Shown: positions 8,401-15,016 of the stretch, piece by piece
Layout: each line of letters begins with the position of its first letter
Position numbering within the stretch: the stretch's first letter is position 1
Assembly (NCBI GenBank): GCA_044224875.1
Contig: JBGAJQ010000092.1
Span: 1 to 17,596, forward strand
Length of the DNA: 17,596 nt
Direction of reading: 5' to 3'
DNA from: Gemmatimonadaceae bacterium
GTDB taxonomy: Bacteria > Gemmatimonadota > Gemmatimonadetes > Gemmatimonadales > Gemmatimonadaceae
Notes under the pieces: generated by a model
Database searches by the model: none
What the model was told of the DNA's origin: nothing
Seen by the model: only the letters and a program-made list of their open reading frames with translations
Translations under genes and position numbers: made by a program

Positions 8401-9475
8401 TCACCTCACCGACAAACACGAAGGGGATGTCGCGTGAGCCGTGGCGAGCGGACGCGGTGACCGTGCGCACGCCCCCTCCCATGGTACGAAATCGCGCCTG
8501 AACGTCACGGAGCAACCGCGTCTTCCCCAGTCCAGGCGGGGCGAGGATGCGCAGGTGTTGTGGGCGGCCAGCACCTTGCCGCGCGATGTTCCACGCTGCC
8601 ATGACGGCTGCGAACTCTCGTTCGCGTCCCACCAGATCGGCCGAAAGTGCGGTTGCGGCCGACGGAGGCCGGTCGGTCGCCCTGTTCGCATCGGCACGTG
8701 CGTGCTGGATCAACGCCAGCGTCGCTGGCTCGGCGTCGACACCTTCCGATGCGTGCAGCTCAGTCAGTGCATCCACTTCCACCAGGGCGCCCATGGAGTC
8801 ACCGAGTGCGAGGTGCGCTTCGATGACCAGCCGCCAGCCTGCATCTCGCAACCGGTCGGCATCGCGGACGCGCTTGGCGATGGTCAGGGCTTCGCGCATT
8901 CGCCCTGCCGACAGGAGGTGTTGTACCTGCTCGCCCGCCATGCGGACGAAGGTCCTCCTCAGACGGAGTCGTTCATTGGTGATCCACTCCTCGAACTCGT
9001 CGCACCCTGGATCTGCAAAGTCCGGAAAGAAGTCGCCGGTGTAGAGGCGAACGACTTCGTCCACATGCCCTGCCTGCGCCGCTTCAATCAGCGCATCCCT
9101 GTCCGTGTCGAGCGGTCCGCTGAGCGCAACCCGATCGCGCGAAGAAGCCAACAGGTGGCTCCCGACACGCTCCTTGATGAGCCAGAGTGTTTGCCTGAGG
9201 GCGTTCTGGGCGCGTTCGCGCTCCATGTGAGACCACAGCAAATCCATAAGGTGCGTCCGCGTGGTGTCACGGCGGTCTGCGCAGGCCAGGTACGCGATCA
9301 GGGCGAGGGGTTTTCCCGCTTCCAGCAGGTGCACCTGACTGCCGTCGGCTCTGATGCGGTCAAGCGACGCACGCCCAAGCGTCGTCAGCGTTATGTGGCC
9401 GTCTGCCTGCGTGCGATCGAGCAAGTCAGCATGCATGCTTGCCGTTTGGTGGTGGTCCTCGGGCGTCATCGGCAC
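5402..9475 (-). CDS. Transmembrane regulator: SARP-type wHTH + BTAD + AAA_16/STAND ATPase + TM + PD40/TolB-like propeller + Big_2 Ig + C-terminal beta-sandwich
   Basis: 1357 aa. KPLALIAYLA..TRTHLMDLLW..AQNALRQTLW (SARP N-terminus); LYTGDFF..FEEWITNERLRL (BTAD); LVGREREF, Walker A APPGLGKT (~8520-8545), Walker B LLLDDLHW and GSP motif; hydrophobic IAAAFLVAALAPATVLAVAGLL (~7200-7267); AWSPDG repeats; QLRATGTDAAG..WRSLDTNLARIDTLGVV (Big_2). Confidence 0.9.
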   Translation of the reverse strand: MPMTPEDHHQTASMHADLLDRTQADGHITLTTLGRASLDRIRADGSQVHLLEAGKPLALIAYLACADRRDTTRTHLMDLLWSHMERERAQNALRQTLWLIKERVGSHLLASSRDRVALSGPLDTDRDALIEAAQAGHVDEVVRLYTGDFFPDFADPGCDEFEEWITNERLRLRRTFVRMAGEQVQHLLSAGRMREALTIAKRVRDADRLRDAGWRLVIEAHLALGDSMGALVEVDALTELHASEGVDAEPATLALIQHARADANRATDRPPSAATALSADLVGREREFAAVMAAWNIARQGAGRPQHLRILAPPGLGKTRLLRDVQARFRTMGGGVRTVTASARHGSRDIPFVFVGEVTQKLCELRGARSVSTQTAATLVALNPALASQFDCVPDPSSGDDAIRRRTLAVRELLKAICDEQSLALLLDDLHWSDPASTRVIQAAVDGMESGSLLVLSAARPYPAVVPLSSSTILPLRPFGATDVHALLLSIASLPAATWGERLPNALCEAASGSPLLVMETLRLLIDGGLLVRATDEWRAPDASALLESLGRGGTLSQRVLQLSTDERTLLLLLSTAGVPLPEEILAVASDRAAITIRQTLVGLQLRGFVLENEGSWSGAHDEYTRALSETATAAELRWTALRIGVARLRQAEREARWRRWDWLHIGNMLAAGGDAATLARAFATFVRRARLDGETGSDRSLAREFVGASASDDASIALVRSLPMTVRARLVSPRRIAAAFLVAALAPATVLAVAGLLDRRVPKPDVVLLAGRYDSSSTRWQLFPLHAREAEWSAGDWNVNVRGRSTWRVSLLGTKVASLRPDGTGWLARATVPDSGVDDLYEIAFNDQKRRVTYTPGDDQDAAWSPDGRQFVFSSARWNQRDRLYLTKYDTLSRRFTQLSTVDGWDGSVAWSPDGSRLGFLRVLWKGGYAFCVVDADGQNERCRAPYRRAPSFLGWTDAAHGLMYVRDDSVPVLVRVAANPSPTDADSIVASDFRASGPITLSPDGRWILCDCEGPLLAARRWIVFPLVRPPAFRTLRVSSPDPVVFVWSPSSPRPPYLNAIRIATGIGPARVGSPYQLRATGTDAAGHRIDVVAARWRSLDTNLARIDTLGVVHPQAPGRARFEVTAGGWRTATATLDVVPSLTRRIFEETWQHGLDSAWVPFGSPRPLTVPQGENASAFYSNGDRYYYSGAYTKASFPARDGLWIEAMVSAPLTEIGGWQEQLVGLFSVTDPIRTREWDHINGDAPPGTHCTAYMPWGVGPNVKRQILMSTPAGDPVLPAPPVVPTGRWFSVVLQLFPDGRCGLAIDGQPLSVSAPGLFAQTVQVKLAGRSVETRILLGSLLVSEGVAPEVRWP

Positions 9476-9693
9476 TACGAAACGTCAAGACCGCGGACGT
9501 CTAACGCAGAATAGACGGTCGACTCCTATCGTTCGGCGGCAGGAAGGGCTCGACATGGTTCGGTTAGCCGAGTTGGCCGACGCGGTCGGGTGGGGATTCG
9601 ATCGCACCGGTCAATGAGCCGGCCGATAAGACAGCATCGGCGAGCCGGCCATCGAGATGTCAGGCATTGCTTACGCTAAGGGAGGAATAATAC

Positions 9694-10779
9694 ATGCAAC
9701 GCCTCGGTTCGCAGGTTGTCTGGTCACCGCCGTCGGTGACAACGGTGCTCCTTGCGATGGTTCTTACGGGCTGCAGCATCGACGCGCCGAGTGGGCCAAC
9801 TCAGGGTTCCAGCCACGTGCTGTCACATGCTGTTGCCGGTGTGATCGCAAGTAGCTGGGCGTACGACGCGAGTCTCGGAACGCTTCCGGAGTCTCAGGGC
9901 TTTGGCTACTTCACGGGAGGTGGGAACCCGGCTCCGGTGGTGTCCGGTGGTGCGCTCATATCAGACGCGACGACCAACTGGGAGGTTTGGAATCGTGCGA
10001 GTGGGGTCGATTTCTCGCAGGACTTCGTCTCTGAGACCGTCATACGCGTCGACTCCTCGAACTATATCCCCAGCTCCCCCGCAAGTCGCTCGTGGGAGGG
10101 TTACTACATTCTGTCGGGAGATGGAGCTGGTCAGTCATTCGACGTTGGTTTGGCCAGTGGCGGTTACACCATCAACTCGTTGTCGCTGCTCAACCAACCC
10201 CTCCACCCGTTGACGCTTACCGACGGACGATTCCATACCTTCCGAGTGGCTGTTCACGCCGGACTGGGTTCGTTGACGTACGACGACTCGGTGCTGGTCA
10301 GCGGAGTGCCGACGACCTCGTTGGCGGATCCATTCGTTAGTTTTGGGCCCGCCTCAACCCCGTCTCGCAGCTTAACGGCGCTCAAGTCGTTCTGTTTCGG
10401 AACGTCGCCGACCGACTGTCTTGCTGATCTGTCTTTAGCGATGGTCCCACCCGTGCCAACGTTCAACCTGAACCAGAATACCGTCGTGACGTTTAGGGAG
10501 TCGAATGCAGGGACTCGCCCTTCCACGGCGGCCACGATGCAGGTGGCGGCGACTCCCGGCTTCCGCGTCGTCGGCTCGAGCGGTACCACATGTAGTCCGG
10601 CAGCCGGCGGGCTTGCTTGCACGTTAGGCCCAGTAGCCTCCGGTGGTCAACAGACGTTCACCCTGACGGTGAAGCCCGTGCAACGTGGTACGTTCCCCGT
10701 CCTGCTCACTTTGAAGGGGCAGGAGACTGACGGGAACAAGACGAACAACGTGATCTCTCGGAATGTGATCGTGCACTGA
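9694..10779 (+). CDS. Predicted lipoprotein with a ConA/LamG-like beta-rich domain and C-terminal DUF11-like Ig domain
   Basis: AAGGGAGG RBS; lipobox VLLAMVLTGC; C-terminal ADLSL..V..SNAG..S..AT..CTLG..TFTLTV..ETD.N..NN pattern of DUF11-type domains. The middle-domain fold call is tentative. Confidence 0.85.
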   Translation: MQRLGSQVVWSPPSVTTVLLAMVLTGCSIDAPSGPTQGSSHVLSHAVAGVIASSWAYDASLGTLPESQGFGYFTGGGNPAPVVSGGALISDATTNWEVWNRASGVDFSQDFVSETVIRVDSSNYIPSSPASRSWEGYYILSGDGAGQSFDVGLASGGYTINSLSLLNQPLHPLTLTDGRFHTFRVAVHAGLGSLTYDDSVLVSGVPTTSLADPFVSFGPASTPSRSLTALKSFCFGTSPTDCLADLSLAMVPPVPTFNLNQNTVVTFRESNAGTRPSTAATMQVAATPGFRVVGSSGTTCSPAAGGLACTLGPVASGGQQTFTLTVKPVQRGTFPVLLTLKGQETDGNKTNNVISRNVIVH

Positions 10780-10814
10780 GGTGCAGCATCGATAGAATCG
10801 CTCATGCGTCGCCG

Positions 10815-10844
10815 CGCCCCGTTGCCAAATTTGGCAACGGGGCG
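10815..10844. terminator. Perfect 30-bp palindrome between convergent genes; likely bidirectional terminator or mRNA-stabilising hairpin
   Basis: CGCCCCGTTGCCAAA|TTTGGCAACGGGGCG, 35 bp after the 10779 stop. No U-tract on either side. Confidence 0.55.
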
Positions 10845-10948
10845 ATGTAGCGATGAGACCCGAACCATCCCATACGGGCGGCGTCAGCGCGCAACCCGTC
10901 CGATCCCCTCCCAACCTATAGAAGCGCCTGCGACAGCCAAGATGCGGA

Positions 10949-12214
10949 CTAGCGGGGCAACAGGCGGCGCGTCAAGAGCGCCTGTGCGACCTCCCGTCCC
11001 AACGCGAGCCCAGCGTCTGTTGAATAGCGAAAGTGATACCCCAATCGCACGCGCGAGTCTGCACACTCGTTGGCCGCGTCCGCGAAGTGACCAAATTGGC
11101 GCTCTGGCATCCGCGCAGGCGCCGTGATCGTCGACAAGGTGAACGCCTGATCGCCGAGCAGCGACTCGAGGATCGCAAAGGCCGCGGCGCATCCGGCCGC
11201 GTGCGCGCTCACGTATTCTGGAAATGGCTGCGCGGGACGCAGTGACTGCCATGATGTATCGGCGTTCGTCGCCGGATTCCCATCGCCGGTCGCTTCACGC
11301 ACGGCGGTGTATGGGCGCCAATGGTTGTACTCGTACTTCGCGTCCCACACGGCGACATACACGTCATACAACGATGCGTTGAGCAGCGCAAACACGCGCG
11401 CGGACTCGGCGAGTTGAAGCTGGCGGGCGACCACGAGGCGACGAGCGAGCCGGTTCACCGACCCTTCGGCGAACTCCATCCACCATACGGCGTACAACGT
11501 CTGATCGGCCGTTCGCTCGGTGCTCGTCAGGCTTCCCATGCGACGCACCTCATCCAGGGCCGCGACGTAGTTGGCGCTGGAGAGCGATGGTGGTGGTGGA
11601 GGACGAAGCTCGCTCGGTGTCGTCAGGCCGAACGGCGTGGCATAACGAAACCCCGGTTGAGCGACGAACCCATTCCACGGCGGTGTTGTACGGTAGGCTC
11701 CCGGTCGCGAATCGTAGGAGTACGTTCCGGCGGAATCCCAGTGGTCGCCATCGCGCGCGCGGGCAATCGCCGCGGCCGCTCCCCGCCCAAGTACGACGCC
11801 ACGTGACGCACCGGTGCCCTCCGAAGCAGCCGCAAGCTGACGGGTCAGCTCCTTTTCGACGGCCGCGCGCGCAGAGGGATACTGTGACGCGAGCACGTCG
11901 TGGGCCGCCTGGGCCGCGGCCACAACTGGGTCCGCCAGGGGATCGCGCCCACTGAACGCGTACGATGCATAACGAGGCGACACGGCGTTAATGGCATCAT
12001 GCATCGCCAGGTGCATCATGGTGAGCGTACGATGCCCCTTGAAGGTGCGGAAGCTATCCTCGGCAAAGACAATCTCGTAGGCAAGGGCATTCCACACCGC
12101 CACTACCGACGCGCTCGGCGGAGCCTCCAGCGGGTCTTCGTCGAAACGACACATCGCGAGGACGACGGGGGCGCAGGCGACCAGTACCAACGCCGCGCCA
12201 TGCGTGCTTCTCAT
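10949..12214 (-). CDS. Secreted vanadium-dependent haloperoxidase / PAP2-superfamily protein
   Basis: AAGGAG RBS before ATG 12214 (421 aa); N-terminal signal-like segment; motifs WDAKYEYNHWRP (K-x6-RP), FPEYVSAH (PSGH variant) and SRVRLGYHF (SR-x3-G-x-H). Confidence 0.88.
   Translation of the reverse strand: MRSTHGAALVLVACAPVVLAMCRFDEDPLEAPPSASVVAVWNALAYEIVFAEDSFRTFKGHRTLTMMHLAMHDAINAVSPRYASYAFSGRDPLADPVVAAAQAAHDVLASQYPSARAAVEKELTRQLAAASEGTGASRGVVLGRGAAAAIARARDGDHWDSAGTYSYDSRPGAYRTTPPWNGFVAQPGFRYATPFGLTTPSELRPPPPPSLSSANYVAALDEVRRMGSLTSTERTADQTLYAVWWMEFAEGSVNRLARRLVVARQLQLAESARVFALLNASLYDVYVAVWDAKYEYNHWRPYTAVREATGDGNPATNADTSWQSLRPAQPFPEYVSAHAAGCAAAFAILESLLGDQAFTLSTITAPARMPERQFGHFADAANECADSRVRLGYHFRYSTDAGLALGREVAQALLTRRLLPR
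10951..11044. repeat. 94-bp direct repeat, copy 2: the 3' end of the intact haloperoxidase-like gene
   Basis: Matches 2164-2257 with 5 substitutions. Confidence 0.95.
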
Positions 12215-12261
12215 ATGCAATACTCCTTGGTATTCGTAGCGCTGCAGCGTAGGATCGACGT

Positions 12262-13359
12262 ATGCGTGCCGACAATGACCATTCGTCCAGCGTCCTTGAC
12301 CGTTCGTCTGCGACCGTTGAGGACGTCCGGCCATCTCCCGAGTCGATCGACGTGCTCTCGGACGTGCTGCGCGCGGTCCGTCTTCGCGGGGCGCTCTTTT
12401 TTCTGACGGACGCCACGTCGCCGTGGTCCGTCGCCATTCCGGCAGGCTCATCGCTTCTGCCAGCGGTCCTGACGGGCGCGCAGACGATTATTTCCTTTCA
12501 TATGGTGATCAAGGGCCGGTGCTGGTGCGACGCGCCGGGCATGGAACCGTTCTGTCTGGAGACGGGCGACGTCGTCGTTATGCCGCGTGGTGACCCCTAT
12601 CGACTCTCGCACCCCGCCGCGCAACCCTGTGAGTGGTCACACGACGCGCTCCTCGCGTTCTTTCGCGAGATGGCCGCCGGCCGGTTGCCATTTGTGGTGA
12701 AGGAGGGAGGCAACGGTTCCGAAGAGGTCCATATCCTCTGCGGCTTCCTCGGCTGCGACATAGTGCCGTACAACCCCGCGCTGGACACGCTGCCGGCCGT
12801 CCTGCATGTGCCGCGGCCACCGGGCACCGACGATTCGCGACTTGCAAAACTCGTCGAGCTTTCCATGGAGGAGTCAAGCCATCGGCGCGCCGGCAGTGAT
12901 TGTGTGCTGTTGCGGCTGGCCGAGCTCATGTTCGTTGAGGTGGTGCGCCGTCACGTGGCGTCGCTGGCAGCGGAGGAGAGGGGATGGTTGGCGGGCTTGC
13001 GGGACCCGACTGTGGGTCGAGCCCTATCGCTCTTGCATGCGCAGCCGCAACGCTCGTGGACGTTGGTTGAACTCGCTCGCGAGGCTGGCCTCTCTCGCTC
13101 GGCGCTCGCCGAACGCTTCGCTCACTTTGTGGGCACACCGCCCATGCAGTATCTCGTGCGTTGGCGGATGCAGACCGCCGCGCGACTTCTCTTCGATGGC
13201 GATGCGAAGGTGGCGGCTGTGGCCGCGGCGGTCGGCTACGAATCGGAGGCGTCATTCAGCCGAGCATTCACTCGCGTGGTCGGAGTGTCACCGGCCGCTT
13301 GGCGGCGGAGGCGAGCGTCGCAAGTCAGTACTGGTTCGTCGGCGATCTGGCTGAAGTGA
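12262..13359 (+). CDS. AraC-family transcriptional regulator with Cupin_6 sensor domain (RclR-like family)
   Basis: DVLSDVLRAVRL, FHMVIKGRCW, GDVVVMPRG, ILCG, GWLAGLRDP, WTLVELAREAGLSRSALAERF, VGYESEASFSRAF..GVSPAAWR. The true start is uncertain between 12262 and ~12350. Confidence 0.93.
   Translation: MRADNDHSSSVLDRSSATVEDVRPSPESIDVLSDVLRAVRLRGALFFLTDATSPWSVAIPAGSSLLPAVLTGAQTIISFHMVIKGRCWCDAPGMEPFCLETGDVVVMPRGDPYRLSHPAAQPCEWSHDALLAFFREMAAGRLPFVVKEGGNGSEEVHILCGFLGCDIVPYNPALDTLPAVLHVPRPPGTDDSRLAKLVELSMEESSHRRAGSDCVLLRLAELMFVEVVRRHVASLAAEERGWLAGLRDPTVGRALSLLHAQPQRSWTLVELAREAGLSRSALAERFAHFVGTPPMQYLVRWRMQTAARLLFDGDAKVAAVAAAVGYESEASFSRAFTRVVGVSPAAWRRRRASQVSTGSSAIWLK
12276..12330. promoter_or_regulatory. 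21-bp-period direct repeats, probable AraC binding sites for the divergent haloperoxidase promoter
   Basis: TGACCATTCGTCC (12276), TGACCGTTCGTCT (12297) and a weaker TGAGGACGTCCGG (12318). A 21-bp period is typical of AraC-family half-sites. Confidence 0.55.
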
Positions 13360-13439
13360 TTGCCTACGATCGCGCTTTGAGTCGATCGGAAGGTAAGCGT
13401 GTCACGAGCTACCTGCGCGGGAGGTATGTCTCGCCATGA
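13329..13439 (+). pseudogene. C-terminal remnant of a LamG-like jellyroll domain protein overlapping the AraC 3' end
   Basis: FVGDLAEVIAYDRALSRSEGKRVTSYLRGRY matches the F-x-GDIAEV-x-x-Y-x-RALS-x-x-E...YL-x-x-KY tail of LamG-like domains. Nothing homologous lies upstream in that frame. Confidence 0.65.
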
Positions 13440-13657
13440 CGTCGACCATGCGCTGTCCAAGGCGTACCGCCGAACTGCCGGGCGTCCCTCAGGCCCTCGC
13501 GTCTCGCTACTCCTCCGAACAGCACCAGGCGGTCACGCCGTGAGTCGTAGGCCGTCACATTCGTCGGGGCGAAGAACCAGCATCATGGCCTGTCCTGCTG
13601 AAGGCCCGGCACGGGTTGCGTGAGGGACGCTGTCGATCCGAGCAACCGTCCGCCATT

Positions 13658-14827
13658 TCACAGCGCCGGGACGTCCAGAACGATCCGCGCCAGCGGAACG
13701 GCCAGGATCTGATTGGTCAACGGGAACGTCTCTGTGCCGCCGTGAACGACATAGAGGCGTTGCAGCCGCAGGTCGGCCAGTGCCGAACGCATCGATGGCG
13801 TCACCGTGGGGGACGACGTGCGCTTGAATTCGAAACCGAACCGCGTCCGGCCGCGCACGACCAGCAAGTCGAGCTCCGCCCCCGCGTGGGTGCCCCAGAA
13901 ATACGCTTCGCCGGAGCGCGCTCCGAGGTGATCGAGCACGACATCGAGCGCGTACCCCTCCCATGACGCGCCGACTTTGGGATGGCGCTCCAGGTCTCGT
14001 AAGCTGCGCACACCCAGCAACGTGTGCAGCAAGCCGGTGTCCCGCAAATACGCCTTCGGAGCGCGCACCTGTCGTTTGGACAGGTTCTCGTGCCACGGAG
14101 GAAGCTGACGGACCATGAAGGTCTCGGTGAGCACATCGAGATACCGTTGCACGGTGGTGTGCGCTACGCCAAACGCCCGCGCGAGCTCGGAACTGTTCCA
14201 CGTCTGGGCATGGTAGTGCGCCATCATCGTCCAGAATCGACGGAGGGCGGGAGCCGGAATGCGCAAGCCGAACTGGGGAATGTCGCGTTCCAGAAAGGTC
14301 CGAATGAACTGCTCCCGCCATTCATCACTGACGGTGTCATTGCGCGCCAGAAACGAGCGCGGGAAGCCGCCACGTATCCACCGCATGGGCAGTCGTGCAA
14401 CCCCGACTTCATCCAGCCGGAATCCGTGCAATTCGTGATACGCGATTCGTCCGGCCAGCGTTTCAGAACCCTGCCGCAGGAGCTCCGGGGAAGCGCTGCC
14501 TAACACGAGGAATCGGCGACGCGTCGCAGGCTCGTCGGCGAGGACACGAAGGACGCGGAAGATGTCAGGGGCCTCGTGCACTTCATCGATGACAATCAGG
14601 CCGCGAAGGTCACCGAGCGCGAGGGTCGGATCGCTCAGTCTTGCGCGATCGGCCGCACTCTCGAGGTCGAAGAAAGCGCTTGCTCCGCGGTGCTTTTCGA
14701 CGACCTGGTGGGCGAGGGTCGTCTTGCCCACTTGGCGCGCCCCGAGGATGCCGACTACCGGGAACTGGCGAAGCAAGGCGGTGACTCTGGCGAGGTCGCG
14801 GGATCGTGCGAGCATCTTCGGCATCAT
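13658..14827 (-). CDS. AAA_14 + DUF4143 ATPase (COG1373 type) with C-terminal PD-(D/E)xK-like domain
   Basis: Walker A ILGARQVGKTT, Walker B IVIDEV, LVLGSAS..SETLAGR, GGFP, PKAYLRDTGLL and ELDLLV..FGFEFKR. Start could be ATG 14827, 14824 or 14815. Confidence 0.93.
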   Translation of the reverse strand: MMPKMLARSRDLARVTALLRQFPVVGILGARQVGKTTLAHQVVEKHRGASAFFDLESAADRARLSDPTLALGDLRGLIVIDEVHEAPDIFRVLRVLADEPATRRRFLVLGSASPELLRQGSETLAGRIAYHELHGFRLDEVGVARLPMRWIRGGFPRSFLARNDTVSDEWREQFIRTFLERDIPQFGLRIPAPALRRFWTMMAHYHAQTWNSSELARAFGVAHTTVQRYLDVLTETFMVRQLPPWHENLSKRQVRAPKAYLRDTGLLHTLLGVRSLRDLERHPKVGASWEGYALDVVLDHLGARSGEAYFWGTHAGAELDLLVVRGRTRFGFEFKRTSSPTVTPSMRSALADLRLQRLYVVHGGTETFPLTNQILAVPLARIVLDVPAL

Positions 14828-14858
14828 GCAATCTGAGCGGTAGACGCTCAATTTTCAA
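14826..14858 (-). promoter_or_regulatory. Imperfect palindrome with -35-like TTGAAA directly upstream of the ATPase gene
   Basis: Core TGAGCG-gtaga-CGCTCA (14834-14850) with partially complementary flanks; TTGAAA on the minus strand at 14858-14853; no RBS visible. Confidence 0.45.
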
Positions 14859-14919
14859 GGTAGAATTCGAACCGGCCTGACTCTCCTTGCCGTTCACTTA
14901 CTGTGAGTTGCCGGTGCAC

Positions 14920-15013
14920 CACAAACGGCATTGCTGCTGTCGCCGCAGGCGCGCTATTGTAAGCAGCGCTGTGAGGCGTTCAGGAGCGCGAAGAACTCAA
15001 ATCGCTCGACGGC
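14920..15013 (+). other. Degenerate integron attC-like site upstream of the HNH gene
   Basis: CACAAAC-ggcat-TGCTGCTGTCG ... GCGAAGAACTCAAATC-GCTCGACGGC, then ATG 3 bp later. Layout resembles R''/L''...L'/R', but both core boxes deviate from RYYYAAC/GTTRRRY. Confidence 0.35.
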
Positions 15014-15016
15014 CAG

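Noticed and set aside
8441..9514. 357-aa plus-strand ORF and other long antisense ORFs (13533-14321, 14954-15676, 16009-16860, 16655-17383)
   Set aside because: Shadow or alternative-frame ORFs typical of GC-rich DNA, mostly overlapping well-supported genes and lacking motifs.
9498..9650. Short inverted and direct repeats in the divergent promoter region (CGTCTA/TAGACG, GAGCCGGCC x2)
   Set aside because: Short, GC-rich and not clearly shared with the other lipoprotein promoter; not distinguishable from chance.
12215..12451. 79-aa N-terminal extension of the haloperoxidase ORF
   Set aside because: Overlaps the AraC gene; the AAGGAG RBS and signal peptide indicate a start at 12214.
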